From Podarcis gaigeae (Eukaryota): a DNA stretch of 64,000 nt. The stretch lies in assembly GCA_964106915.2 (NCBI GenBank), contig OZ066919.1; one strand, 5' to 3'. The notes below the pieces were generated by a model, which was not told where the DNA came from, made no database searches, and saw only the letters and a program-made list of their open reading frames with translations. Both the position numbers and the translations under genes were made by a program. Shown piece by piece: positions 1-13,025 of the stretch; the first letter of the stretch is position 1; each line of letters opens with the position of its first letter.

Positions 1-206
1 GGATGGGGGTCAGCTCAAAGTTGTTGAGCTTTTCGTTTTGGGGGGGAGGAGTTAAAGGCAAGGGGCAAAGGCACTCACAATAAGATCACTATGGATCTAA
101 ACAGCAGCACAGAGAAAGCTCCATCTTCTCTTCCAAAGATCATACAACAATGGAGGGCAGGGTGAAGGGGCGTGGCAGGAGTCAGTTTTAGTGACGCTAA
201 GGAAAG

Positions 207-601
207 AGATGCGGGTGGCACTGTGGTCTAAACCATTGAGCCTTGGGCTTGCTGATCAAAAGGTCGGTGGTTCAAATCCCTGCGATGGGGCTCCCGTTGC
301 TTGGTCCCAGCTCCTGGCAACCTGGCAACCTAGCAGTTCAAAAGCACGCCAAAAAAAAAAGTGCAAGTAGATTAATAGGTACCACTCCGGTGATAAGGTA
401 AATAGCGTTTCCGTGCACTGCTCTGGTGTCGGTGTTCCATTGCGCCAGAAGCGGCTTAGTCATGCTGCCCACATGACCCGGAAAAACTGTCTGCAGAGTG
501 GACAAAAGCCAGCTCCCTCGGCCTGTAAAGCGAGATGAGCGCCAGAACCCCAGAGTCATTCGCGACTGGACTTAACTGTCGGGATCCTTTACCTTTACCT
601 T
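207..601 (+). mobile_element. Sauria SINE, full length
   Basis: tRNA-like head (GCGGGTGGCACTGTGGTCTAAACC ... GGTTCAAATCCC), Sauria-type body, (ACCTTT)n tail; TSD TAAGGAAAG at 198-206 and 602-610. Confidence 0.9.
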
Positions 602-2043
602 TAAGGAAAGGGAGCCAGAGATCGACCACGATCTACCAAAACCTCACGGGGATCTACCAGTAGATTGTGATCAACCTGTTGGACATCCCTGCTGTAGGGC
701 AACACAGTAGAGAGGAGAGGGAGGGGAAGTCCTGTTTTGTAAGAAGAAGTCATTTCATTCATGCAATTATTTAACTGAATGTTGCCCTTAACTCTTTATC
801 TTCTACTGAGTGTGTAAAATGCACCTGAATTGGTATTTCAGGAGAAAGAGAAAGATACTCTTTTCTCCCTCTGACTTGAAGACAGGGGCTCACTATGAAA
901 TCACTTGCAAAGCTTAAGGAGGTATTCTCAACTTGATAAAAGAATGTCATTTGATTGAAATGCTCTTCAAGAAATCTGAACAGATTATCATGAGACTCTA
1001 TCAAGACTGATTTTTGCCAATGTCTCACCATTACTAATCCAATGTTCTTTTATTCTGTTATTCATTGTTACTTGTTCCACTTCACCAAAGCCAAACACGT
1101 TAATTTTCATGGATTTACAACTCAACTTAACATTAAGGACAGTCATCGCATCAAGTCCTTTGCCTTAGGATAAGTGGAGGATCAGACAACATGCACATAA
1201 AATTCAATAAGTGTCAATAACTGACCCACTGAGACTAAACTTTTGCCTCTTCCAGGAAATCAAAACACTTTACGGGGGTCGGGGTGGACGGGGGATAGAG
1301 GCCTCAGACATGGCAACAGCTTCATATGGGAACTTCAAGTAGCCATATAAACCTCACCCAGAGATAAAAAGAACTTTATAGTTTTTAATTGCATCCTAAC
1401 CTTTCATTAATTGGGCTCTGTGTAACAAAAAGCATCACAATAATAGGTCTGCAGCCCCCCCCCCCCCGTATTGAATGCAAATAGGCATCAATCAGGGGGA
1501 GAGGTACCTGCAAATCATGGGTTGGCATTCTCCACAGGAGCTAATGGGATCGTCAAATACAATGGATGGTCTCTAATTACATACAAGCCTTTTGTTTCAT
1601 TTGCTTTGGAAACAAGTGACCCAGGAAAAAGCATGTCACAGCTCTGCCAGAATCACTGATGTGTGGAGGAGCTGTACATTAAAACCTGACCAAAAAAGAG
1701 TCCCCATCAAGACCTGATCGTAGGAAGCAATAATTCAGGAATAAGGATTAGATAAATGTAAAGAAAGCATGAGATTACTTTATCTCTATGTAACAGCACC
1801 CAGATCCAAGAGTAACACCACCCAAAATGTTTTTTTTTAAAAAAATCATTGTGGGTTTCATTCCAGCACAGGATGAATTTTGTCCCAGATGTTAGATTTC
1901 TGAAAGAGAAATAATGTCAGATTTCACATTAATCACATTATTATGCTTTGTATTATAGATAGGTAGCCGTGTTGGTCTGCCATAGTCAAAACAAAAAAAA
2001 TTCCTTCCAGTAGCACCTTAAAGACCAACTAAGTTAGTTCTTG

Positions 2044-2079
2044 GTATGAGCTTTCGTGTGCACATGCACACTTCTTCAG
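2044..2079 (-). ncRNA. Minimal hammerhead ribozyme motif (left arm; 5' strand of stem I replaced by a duplicated module)
   Basis: Minus strand reads CTGAAGA-A-GTGTGCATGTGCACAC-GAAA-GCTC-ATAC. Confidence 0.6.
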
Positions 2080-2105
2080 CTTTCGTGTGCATGCACACTT
2101 CTTGT

Positions 2106-2143
2106 GTATCTGAAGAAGTGTGCATGCACATGAAAGTTCATAC
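2106..2143 (+). ncRNA. Minimal type I hammerhead ribozyme motif (right arm)
   Basis: GTAT-CTGAAGA-A-GTGTGCATGCACAT-GAAA-GTTC-ATAC: stem I GUAU/AUAC, CUGANGA box, stem II hairpin, GAAA box, NUH triplet. Confidence 0.7.
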
Positions 2144-2940
2144 CAAGAACTAACTTAGTTGGTCTTTAAGGTGCTACTGGAAGGAATTTTTTTTGCTCTG
2201 TATTATGTTACTGATATTCGACATCACCTTGGGATCTTTGGATATAAAATGAAATAATAATAATAATGGTGGTGGTGGTAATAATAATAATGCTCCTATC
2301 CAAATAATGGTATATTTCATATTTATGCTCCTTTCTTCCTTGATTTTGATGGAGTTAACTTTTGAGTAGGCATGCTTTTGATTTCCAGTTTGTGCTTAGG
2401 TACAATCTGTATGTGAAAAGTGCCTTTACTTCAAGTAACCACAGTGGTCCATTAGCAGGGTGGAACAGGTGTGAACTCCTTGTCAGGGGACTGCAGCTTT
2501 AGGCTGAGTTTCAAAAGCTGTTTGGCATGGAGGTCAGCTGTTCAAATAGCCAAACATTCCACTGGCCTAATGCGAGTCTAGGCAGACCTTTGGAGCCCAG
2601 CCACAGCCTCCAAGCAATAAATCGATAAATGATCATTTATCCTGTTAAAAGAGAAAGGGGTGACACAGTGGCCTTATTCAGGCATTTATCTTCTGGGTTA
2701 AATCAACTAATTATGAGGGAGAAAGGAGATTACTGAACTAGCTCCATTCCATTCTCTTCCAACATACAGACCTGGAAATGTTTTGAAATAAACCATGGTA
2801 TTTTGGGGAAATCTGATTTTTTTTTAAACCAATTTGTTTCACCCACTTTACTAGACTTATGACCTGGTAAGGTGCATGAGGGGACATAATCAATGCTGGT
2901 CCACTTTTAAGTATCAGAATTGCCACTTACCCCTTTTGCA

Positions 2941-3682
2941 GGTTGCAGCCCCTTTCATTTCACCACCATCCACAGCAGCCAGAGCACACAAGTTGGGATG
3001 GCCGTTTGGGAATTTCCCTAGCTGGTTTATTGCATTCTAGGTCAATTTTTAACATGTATTTTAAACATATTTTGTTTTCCAGGTTGCTGGTTTAGCCTTG
3101 CTTTATTCCCTAGATTTCCTTCCGTTTAACCATCTTTGGGTTCCTTTCATCTCCTGACCTTGCTATGGTTGTCAATGGTTGCCATCTTTAGAGCTGGGAA
3201 GGAATTTGCCCGTAGACAAGTTGGCCCATCGAAAGGTTTTGCCCTTCCCCATAGCAAAACATCACAACTTTTGGCAGTTAAGGAGGAATCCCAATCACCA
3301 AGCTTTTGGGTGAAGTGGTGCATCATCCTGCCCTGGACCAGTGGCTTACTCAGGGTACCCTATTAGAGGGGTCTCGGCGTAAGTCTCTGTCCAGAAGCCA
3401 AACATGGGGCAGGCCAGCCATAGAGCTTCCAGCAGTGGCCTTAGGCTGACCACTTTGGTAGATCAATATCTTGGGGAAGCCAGGATCCTTGGCCTTGAAA
3501 AAGTCTTTGCCTTCTGGCCAGAGGCTAGAATGGATATACACCCATTACCTGAGCCAAAATTCCATCCACACCTGCAATCTATAAATTGTTGTCATTTTAA
3601 ATTCAGATCATTGTCTACTTGAGTTTTTTTATCACACCTTACTTTAGTCCCTGCCTAGGGGAAGGTGACTGGGAGAGCAATT
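2941..3682 (+). mobile_element. Degenerate LTR-like element (copy A), related to 58469-59244 and 62311-63126
   Basis: Shares TGACCTTGCTATG, GGAAGGAATTT...TTGGC...GGTTTTGCCCTTCCC and TAGCAAAACATCACAACTTTTGGC blocks; decayed poly(A) block TATAAATTGTTGTC near 3580; ends approximate. Confidence 0.6.
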
Positions 3683-6600
3683 TTTATTGTTTGCATTTGT
3701 GAATACCTTTGTCCATCATAGCTATTAATGAGAATCCTGACTGTCCCATTGCTACTATGACTTGCTAGATCATTGCCTATGGTAGGAGTCTAAACCATAG
3801 TTATGGTCCATTTAGCACCAGTCCACCAAAATAAATGGAACAAGTGGAACAATAGTCCATTCTCCATCCTAGGAAAACATCATGGCCTGGAGTGCAAACA
3901 GCTAGTAACATCCTTCTCATCTCTTGTCCGGCAGACTTGTGAAGTGTATTTCCCAACAGAGTCCTGTTGTCTGATGGTGGATACGATGCTATTTGTTGTA
4001 ATTTATGTTGACATTTCATTTCACACGCTATTAAATGAACCCCTTCAGAAGGATGAAAATGAAGTTTGCTCTAAAGGAAGAAAACTAATGTGTGTGTTGG
4101 TGTAAAACAAGCTCTTGATTTATTCTTCTGATAATAGTTAATATATATGGAGCAAAATACTCAGCTGACCCTGGCCTCCATAGCTGTGCTTGATGTAATA
4201 TCAGGCTGCGTGACTATGACAGTAAAGTCACTAATGTGATTTGATGCTTGCAGATGCTTCTCTTATTATTATTGGTTTCTTGACTTAGCAGTGGTATTTC
4301 TAACCTGCTCTTACTAACCTTTTCCCGTTATTGGATAACTAGAGACTGAGCATACTTTCTATAAAAGCCCACTTGTGTTGCCCTTTGTAATCTGAAAGGT
4401 GGAAAAAAGAAGCACAAAAGAACTAAAATGAATCATTTTTTATTTGCTGAGTTTACCAGTGGCATAATGTATCACTGGCTGCCCTTGGAAAAAAAGGGAC
4501 ATATATCATGGCAGTTCTTAAAAATAATTTGAACTTCAGCAATTTAAAGAACTAGAAACAATAAAATAAGAGCACTCTTGACAGCCACAGAAACCCCCAC
4601 CCTTCAGCAATGGGGAGACACTGCAAACGAAGGGCAGAGTTTTCACCCATTCAGAGTGATGGCAATGTTGGGCTATCCAGGAAGCATTTCCCTCTCGGTT
4701 GGCTTTGTGACACTGTCACATTGCCAAAACTTGATTGGCTGCATACTGTTGTGATGGCACCACACTCAATACATGATTTCCAATTTAGGAAAATGATGGA
4801 CTTTGTAATCAGCCATTTAGGAGACAAACAGCAGACTGGGTAGCAAACAGACTGTAAATAGGGTGAGCAAAGGGGCATCAGAAAATCTCTCCCTCTCAGG
4901 TAGTCCCCCTTTCACCCTCCAAAATGAGCATGTAAACGCTCAGCATAACCATAACATTAAAAGTTGTTTCACACAAGCAAACATGGTACACGTGATCCCT
5001 GGCAATATCCTCTACATACATGAATCTAATGGAGAAAAGTGATGAATGGATATGAGTTCTACAGATACATTGCCCCTGTGATTTCCATCATTTAGCAAAA
5101 TGTTTGAGTAGCCACATCACAGAGGATACTGCAAGGGTGCATTGGTGAAATGCCTGTGAATGCACTTAGTTCAATCCCTATGCCCAAGAACATTTATTTA
5201 TTCATTTATTTGATTTATATACCACCCTTCAACATAAGATCTCAGGGAACATCATAGCCTGAAATTTTATGTAGCCTAGTAAGCTACTTGGTACCATACA
5301 TACCAAAACTTCTGCAGATGCACAAGGAAAAAGAGAACAGAGGCATCACAAAGCCTCTGTATTGACTAGACCTGGTATATATATCAGGAGCTTAACCTTG
5401 AAGATACAGAGCAAAGTTTTCTGCCTGTTGCAGTCTGCCTTCCAGCAGCAGTAGACCTCTGGATACTAGACTGAGAACACACCCTCAAGGTCTAAGTTCA
5501 GACGTAGCCTACAGCTTGATACTTTGGAGTAGCTTGTTTGAAAATGGCTTATGATTAATTCCTGCCAATTCTTCTACAGTCCACCACTAAGAGGATGCAT
5601 ACAAAGTAACTCTAAGCTGAAACTAATTAACCACAGGGAGTAAATGCAATTTTAAAAAAATGTTTGGACTAAGCCAGAATTTGTTAAGACTATTCAGGGG
5701 TCTCCATCTAGAGCAGGCTGTGACTTATTCAAATTCAGCAGAGGTGCCAGGAGAGCTGTGCGCCAAAGTCTTGGTTTGGACTGATGATGTCATCAGTTCA
5801 CACCATGACACAGGGGCCTAGTTTCATTGGAGCATCTGGCTCTATTGAAACATTTTGACCATGGAAATCCAATTTCTATTGCGAGTATTATTTAATGCAA
5901 ACATCCAGGGTGTCTCTAAGTATTTCTGCAATCACTACCTAAAACCATGCTTCTGTGCTTGGCCATTGCTAGTTAACTCTGATTGCAACAGACACTCTTG
6001 TATTCTTCCTTGCACAGAAATTCTGCACAGCTTGGACTGTTTGGCAAGCAAAAGTCAAGCACTTAAGATTTCCTTCGTCTTGTAGTCCAGCTGTTATTAC
6101 AGAATTAGCACTTCACTTCATTGACCTCTGGTTGTATAAGCCATAGCTTTAAAAACATGGTTGAACAAGAATGAGTGTGGCTGTCTCCTTTTGCAGACTC
6201 TGCCTCCCTATAGCAGCATAACAGTTGATGAGTAATGGAAGCAGATATCTGTCAGGCTGTCAGGATGGGTGGCTGTTGTTGTTAGAGTCATGTAGATGAA
6301 GCGTTGGGTAACTTTTTTTAAAAAAAAATGTTTTTATCACTCTTTGATCTATACGAACCGTAACCAACCATAGAAAATTCTTTTAAAAGGCAAGAGAGTT
6401 CCTGCTTTTCTAGATTTAATTAAACCCAAGCAGGATGATAATATGTCAAGTCCTTTTTTATACAGGAAGGTCTTCAGAACAAATATTTCCTTTAGCCTCT
6501 TTATTACTGGGGTAATAAAAAAGTGACTATGTATAACTGGAAATCACCCTTAACTTTTTTTTAAAAAAGTTTGTTGGACGGACATATTAACATGAATGAA

Positions 6601-6815
6601 ATGTGACATGAAATTAATTAATGGCTTCTGTTAAATTTAAAGGGCTTCCGTTCACTGAATTTTCTCAGTGTTTTTAATGATGATGATAGCAATGCAGAAG
6701 CCTTTGTAAGTAAGCCTGCCTTTGTCTGCCATTGCAGGCAACCCTTCACAAACTCAAGGTCTTGGTTCAAACTGTAATGGAAAACTGATGTTTCCCATTA
6801 GAGTCCTGAGCCATG

Positions 6816-6923
6816 TTGTTGTTGTTTAGTCGTTTAGTCGTGTCCGACTCTTCGTGACCCCATGGACCAGAGCACGCCAGGCACTTCTGTCTTCAACTGC
6901 CTCCTGCAGTTTGGTCAAACTCA
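6816..6923 (-). mobile_element. Bov-B (RTE clade) LINE, extreme 3' fragment
   Basis: Reverse complement of GAGTCGGACACGACTAAACGACTAAACAACAAC tail; 11-bp TSD CCTGAGCCATG at 6805-6815 and 6924-6934. Confidence 0.88.
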
Positions 6924-7489
6924 CCTGAGCCATGGTGAACTTCTAATGTATGCCCCAGAGCACTATGGTTCCTGCATTAGCCACCTGTAACGGTTTTGCT
7001 GAAGTAGTTCATAGTTGGTGTTTATTCCAGACATGTTATGTAGCAATAAAGGCCTGCCTGATACTTGCCTGTTTTCCTAGTACCCCCCTAAACAACAGAG
7101 CCACAGACATACATGTTCCTCTTTTGGTGGTTTCTGTTCTGTTCTGTTCACCATCTAAATGAATTGCAGTTTCCTGAGTTAAGATGCCCAAGGAACAGCA
7201 CTTAGTTCAAAACTGGAAGGAGAAGCTCCTTTTCTGGAATGCAAAAGAGGAGAAATTACATGAACCCAAGACTTGTCACATCTTGTGCATGTTAACAGTA
7301 ATTCATGGTTTTCCATTATGTCTTAACTGAGCAATAGATTGCACATCCCTTCGGTGGTCAGGTGGCAAATTCACACTTACATGCATGAGGTTCCCACAAC
7401 AGCTCAAAACAACAGCTCTGGTACCCTTCATGACCAACAGCTTGAGTATGACATAATATTCATGGACTAGACACACTTGGTCATATGCC

Positions 7490-7855
7490 TTATATCTGAT
7501 GAAGTGTACTCTAGCCGACAGAAGCTTAGGTAGAACAGATTTGTTGGTGTAAAATTCAAAATAGTGCTAAGGGGGGTTATGTGAATGGGGAACGAGGGCC
7601 ACTCATGAAGTGAGACTTTCTCCCCAGCTCCCCTTCCACATGCCCCTTAAACTTGTTTTGGGTTCCCTTCAGCCCCACAGAGCAGATTTAGGGGGTGTAG
7701 ATGTGTACAGGGGAGGGGAGGGAAGTCACATTTGTGAGCAGACCTCATTCTGCACATGCAGCAACTTGGCTGAATCCTGCCCATAGTCTTTAAGAGGCCA
7801 CAAGACACTGTTAGTTTTTCTGCCAAGGACTAACATGGCTACCCCTCCTCTAGAA
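7490..7855 (+). mobile_element. Old Penelope-like 3' end split by a MITE-like insertion (~7550-7785)
   Basis: ATATCTGATGAAGTG...GAAGCTTA (decayed hammerhead) then, after the insert, AGTCTTTAAGAGGCCACAAGAC...GACTAACATGGCTACCCCTC, similar to the GGTCTTTAAGGTGCTAC / GACCAACACGGCTACC ends of the younger Penelope in this window. Confidence 0.55.
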
Positions 7856-10800
7856 TACTTGCAGACTATCCTGCTCAGTCAGTAGCAGATAGCAATTGCA
7901 TTGCAAGCCAGCATATTAAAATCAAAGTGTAATGCTCATGGCACTTTTAATCATGCTTCCTGTATGGGTCTTAAATCCATGGCGAACCTAGGAGTATGAT
8001 CTGCCTGTTTCTAATCTTTGGTAGTGCATGTATTTCAGCACCGATGGCCAAAGAAAGATACTGTATTTCTAGACCTTCAGAATAAAGCACATTTGACTTG
8101 ATCTTTGGCCACATCGAGTGGCAAGATGCTGTGAATTCTGGGGGCAATTTCTCAAGACTCCTGCCCTCAGCTCTATTATGCACCATACTAGCTGAGCTGG
8201 GTTTTATCTCTGCACCGTCAAATGACACTTTGTATTTCTTTCTGCTTTTTATGCTCCTGAGTCTCTTCATTCCCATTCAGTATTTTTCGCTTTGTCGGAG
8301 TGGGCTTTTTAATTTTCATCCATTGGAACGCGAGTGCCCTGTCAGGTCCTCTTCCTTTTCAATTAACATCTTAAAAAGGAAAACATTGTTCTCCGGAATG
8401 AATGGCTGTGTTGAGCCAGAGCTTCTATCAGTCGGTAGCAAGACAGTCCATTACTTTCACTAGGCTGTGCATTAAGCGTTTCACAGTGTGCAAGCTGAAT
8501 TCCATTAGGTACTGCTCATAAGGCATCACTTGTGTGCAGCCCCTGGAGGAGACCAAGAATGCACAAAGAGGCATGTCACCCAGCAGCGGCTGTGTCAGAT
8601 GGCAGAATGACGGAGATGCATGGGAGGGAGGGCCTTGGGAAGGAGCAGAGGAGGAAATGGACCCATAAAAAGAAACAAGCAGGTGTCCTCATTACGGATT
8701 AGGAGCACTCAGAAGAGCATTTTCTACCAGACTGCGTAAGGAAAGTAAATTCCATGCAGGGCATCTATAAAGGCAAAGTTTTTGCCTGGGATGCCAGAGC
8801 ACTCACACAATGCATTTATGGTTGCTCACAGCCTGCCTGGATTTATCCACTAACAAGGGGGTTCTGGGAGTATCTGGCAAAAAGTACACTGGTGGTGCTC
8901 TGTCCTTCGTGTTTCAGAGCATGAAAGCATGTCAAGCTGTGTGTGAATCTAAGAGCAAATGGCTCAGACTTTGGACTGAGGTCCTAATAGCAAAATGTCC
9001 AAGCTCCTAGCTGAGAAAGAGCCAGAGTGCTCTGGAGACTGCTTGTCTGCCTCCTTCCCCTACGTCTGCTTGCAGAATTGTGCACCTGTCTTATGAATTT
9101 TAATAAATGCCATCTAATTCAAAACTTACAAATAATTTACTCCAGAGTGTAGCTGCATTGACTGTAAAGGCTAAATGTGTTCAACAGCGAAACGTCTCAG
9201 CGCCTAAAATAAAACAATCAACGAGCGTGTTCCTGGTGAAGGAAGGCACAGTGTGATCCTATGCAAGTTTACTTGGGGCCAAACTCAACCATAAACACCG
9301 TTCCATTCCTAACCTATGAAGGAAAGAAGGAAGGAAAATCTGTAGGAGGCCATAATGTGGTAGGGTTGGTTACCGCTTTCCCTTACAGTTCCCTGATTGT
9401 TCAGCTCAATACCATCCACTGCCTTTCTCCTGATGGAAGAGGAGAGGTATATCTACCTCTCATTGGTGGGAAACTGCTGGGGTAGTGATTGTGAGGGGAC
9501 AAGCAGGTGGTACAGAAAGAATAAGAGCGCTTTATACCCACTCCTCACTCCCCTCCCCCTCATAATTTCAACCTCCTGCAGTTGCCTTTCCTTTGCAAAG
9601 GGGAAAATGAGTCATGGAACAACATGGAACATAGTATTTAGCCCTTAGAAGTCCCACAAAATTTGGTGGAACTTATTCCCTAGTAAGTGTGCATTGAGTT
9701 AAATCGGCAAGACTTTTTAAGCCGACGGGAGGATGGCATGATAATTCCGGAAGATGGCAAAAATTGATAAAATTACAAAGAACAGAGAGAGCATGAATCA
9801 ACACAAATTATTCTCTTGCAAACGTCCTCACATAATTCTATAAGCAAACTACCATGCCAGGAAGAAAACCCTTTGTGCACCATTCAGTTCATAACCAGGT
9901 TATAGAATGTATTACAGCAGGATATTGCAGTGGATAGTGGTATAAGCAGCTTTGTAATAAGGGTAGATCTATCAATAACCACTATCTATGTGGGTAAAAA
10001 CAGAGTCTCTGTGTATGTGCCAGGCAGAATACTCTGATTATCAGATGCTGGAGAGGTAGTGGTGGAGTGGTTTGGGAAGACTGTGCTATGCAACATAACA
10101 CATAGTCTAGTGGCGATGCTTAGTGATGGTGCTCACATGTTTTGAGCCATGAATCACATTGAAGGCTTCAAACACACCCTGCACACAATACCATGTCTAT
10201 CACCTCATGGAATGATCAAAATCAGCCCAGCCAATGTTGAGCCCCAAGGAACTATGATAATTGTGGGTGCTCCCACAGTTCCAGTTCTAGGTGAGAGCCC
10301 TCCCGCTTCAGATAAGGTGTAAAGGTGGTCATTTGCCTGATCCAACAGGGCAGTTTTTAGGTTCAAGCAACACAGAATTAGATTTCCATGCTGTTATGTG
10401 AGATGTGCAGGAAAAAGGACCCCATGCACTCACAGGCATTCCATTGATTCCCCATCCAGTTGTGAGCCAAGGTAAACCCTTAGGGGAGGAAGCTAGTCTT
10501 ACAACCTCTGAATGGGTTTCCCAACAGTGGGAGCCCTTATTATTATTTATTGTTTAAATCAAGACAATAGCATGCACCATGGTGGAGACTAATCTTGTCC
10601 TCTGACTCCGCCCCAATGTCCCTGCTGGGGTCAGGCTTTTTTCTTTTCTTTTTTTTACAGTAAGTAACACCTAATAATCCACTTCTTTTCCTGTAGCATG
10701 GTATCCTCCTTCTAAATTTGTCTATCTAATTAGCTTTCTTTCCCACCCCCCAACACAATATGTTTAAAAGCTCCCAGGGCAGGCACACCTGAGTGTTTGC

Positions 10801-12257
10801 TAAATTTAGCAGAGGACAATATCTAATGGGTTATTTTAAATGAATGCAGGAATTGCTGCATAAATGAATTTTGATTTGAATTTCCACAGCCTCTTAGCAG
10901 AGCTGTTTCCCCCCCCCCTCCCCACTTCCCCATCTCCCTTAAATTGTATATCAGGCAGATTAGAGAGAATAATGGGCAAATCTACCCGCTACCATCCATC
11001 AAACACATTTCAGAACTACATTAACAATGAACCCTTCATGAAAAAGGAACAGAGAGGTGGGGGGAAGCGGCAAGTTTCTTTCTACTTCACCTCCATCATT
11101 TCATGATGTGTCAGAATAGAAGCCAAGATAATACAGCTTTAAAAGGTGGTTTTAGACAATTCAGGTGCAGGGGTTGGATAATAACTTGTGTTAATTTCCA
11201 CAGGGAGCAGTTGATCTGCATTTTGGAAAGAGATTGCTTTAATGGATTAGATGTCACTACAAGGCCTACATTTTTCAGGATTATGAACTCTGATTCTGAA
11301 GTATAAGACTCTGACCTACTTGAGAAGGATGCCTCGTGGCTCTGCTTAGGGATGCTGGACTGTATATCCTTGGAAACAACCTACTTCATCAGATGCACAC
11401 AAAGGGATGAAGAAGATTGGACTATGTGTGCTGAGTACCTGTTAAAATTAAGGACTGAACAAACAGATTTTGCGTATCTCTAATCCTTACTCATGCTTTC
11501 CCTAAAGACAATCTTGAAATCCTAACAATTTCCTCCTGGTGTTAGAGTCTAAGAACCTGGAATAAATCCCATTCTTGTTCTTGCTGTGCCAAAATAGCCA
11601 TCTTCCACAAAGATCTTTTTTTGTTCCTCTGATTGGAATAATCACACTTCCCTGCTGAGGAAAGAAATGGATGCAAATTCTGTCCCTAAGGAAAAACGGC
11701 AGTCTCTGCCCCCACTTAGGAATGCACCAAGCCTTTTCATTATACTCCATTTGCGGAAAGACAACCAATTCCATCTTCATAATTACAAAGACGTCCACCA
11801 CTGGAGACATTAAGGTGGTTTCTTTCTGAGGATTTGAATTTACTTCAGTTATTGCCTCTGAAGTCCTCCGTTCAGGAAAGTGTAAGAGATGGGAATACAT
11901 TAGAGTAATCAATTCTGCCTGATTGGTTAAATTCAATAAAATTAGGAGGAAGCCCTTCTCTCTTTCTCTTTGTCAGGTGGCAGCTCAGAGGCAGGTAGAA
12001 GCACTCCACTTCCTTCGAGGAAGTTATTCAGTTCAGCAAAAATCACAAGGAAGGCCACACTATGGGATTTCATTAAGTATTGTTTTGGGCTTTGCAACAA
12101 CCTCTGGTCCAGGGATCAGGCGTGTCCTTCCAGGCCTCTCTGTCTGTCCCTTGGCCACACCACATCTCCCCAGGCTATCTCCCTCACCTGCCCTGGTTTG
12201 TTCCTTCTTTGAATATTTTTGACTGGCTATAATAAGTCCTTGAACACTAGTAATACT

Positions 12258-12578
12258 CCTAAAAGAGCATCTCCACCCCCATCGTTCAGTTGAGGTCCAG
12301 TTCTGAGGGCCTTCTGGTGGTTCCCTCGCTGTGAGAAGTGAGGTTACAGGGAACCAGGCAGAGGGCCTTCTTGGTAGTGGCGTCTGCCCTGTGGAACACC
12401 CTCCCATCAGATGTCAAGGAAATAAACAACTGACTTTTGGAAAACATCTGAAGGCAGCCCTGTTTAAGGAAGTTTTTACTGTTTGATGTTTTATCGTGTT
12501 TTTAATATTCTGTTGGGAGCTGCCCAGAGTGGATGGGGAAATCCAGTCAGATGGGTGAGGTATTAATTATTAGTATTA
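12258..12578 (+). mobile_element. L2-clade LINE 3' end
   Basis: Degenerate ORF2 C-terminus (GGCAGAGGGCCTTCTTGGTAGTGGCG...TGGAAC), 3' UTR and TAT-rich tail; homologous to 51460-51740. Confidence 0.75.
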
Positions 12579-12815
12579 CCGTATTCAAGAAATACAAGCA
12601 TGCTTGGCCAACCAGCACACTCTTTTAAAGTATGTGTACCTACCCACTATCTCATATATAATTAGGAAGGTTAGGATGTTCATGTTTCAAATGCTAGGAT
12701 ACTGGTAGTGTAGAGGATAGTCAATTAAAACATAATCCCCAGTGAGTTGTTGGGCATTATTTCCGGGCACAGCTTTTCAGTTCTCTTCATTCTAAGAAAA
12801 GAAAAAAATGAGGAT

Positions 12816-13025
12816 GAATCATAGAATCATAGAGTTGGAAGAGACCACAAGGGCCATCGAGTCCAACCCCCTGCCAAGCAGGAAACACCATCAGAGCACT
12901 TCTGACATATGGTTGTCAAGCCTCTGCTTAAAGACCTCCAAAGAAGGAGACTCCACCACACTCCTTGGCAGTAAATTCCACTGTCGAACAGCTCTTACTG
13001 TCAGGAAGTTCTTCCTAATGTTTAG
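12816..13025 (-). mobile_element. CR1 LINE 3' fragment
   Basis: (ATAGAATC)n tail; encodes [36 protein letters not shown]; near-identical to 29337-29541. Confidence 0.92.

Larger units (their letters stand above)
1957..2193. mobile_element. ORF-less Penelope-like insertion: inverted pair of pseudo-LTR ends
   Basis: Arms ~1993-2079 and ~2107-2193 are reverse complements and match the 3' end of the Penelope at 21095-21190; flanked by TGCTTTGTATTAT (1944-1956) and TGCTCTGTATTAT (2194-2206). Confidence 0.88.

Noticed and set aside
7971-8463. Overlapping 101-aa and 121-aa ORFs as host exons
   Set aside because: No recognisable domain or convincing splice sites; lengths expected by chance
11502-11936. 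144-aa minus-strand ORF
   Set aside because: Non-ATG start, no recognisable homology or exon boundaries
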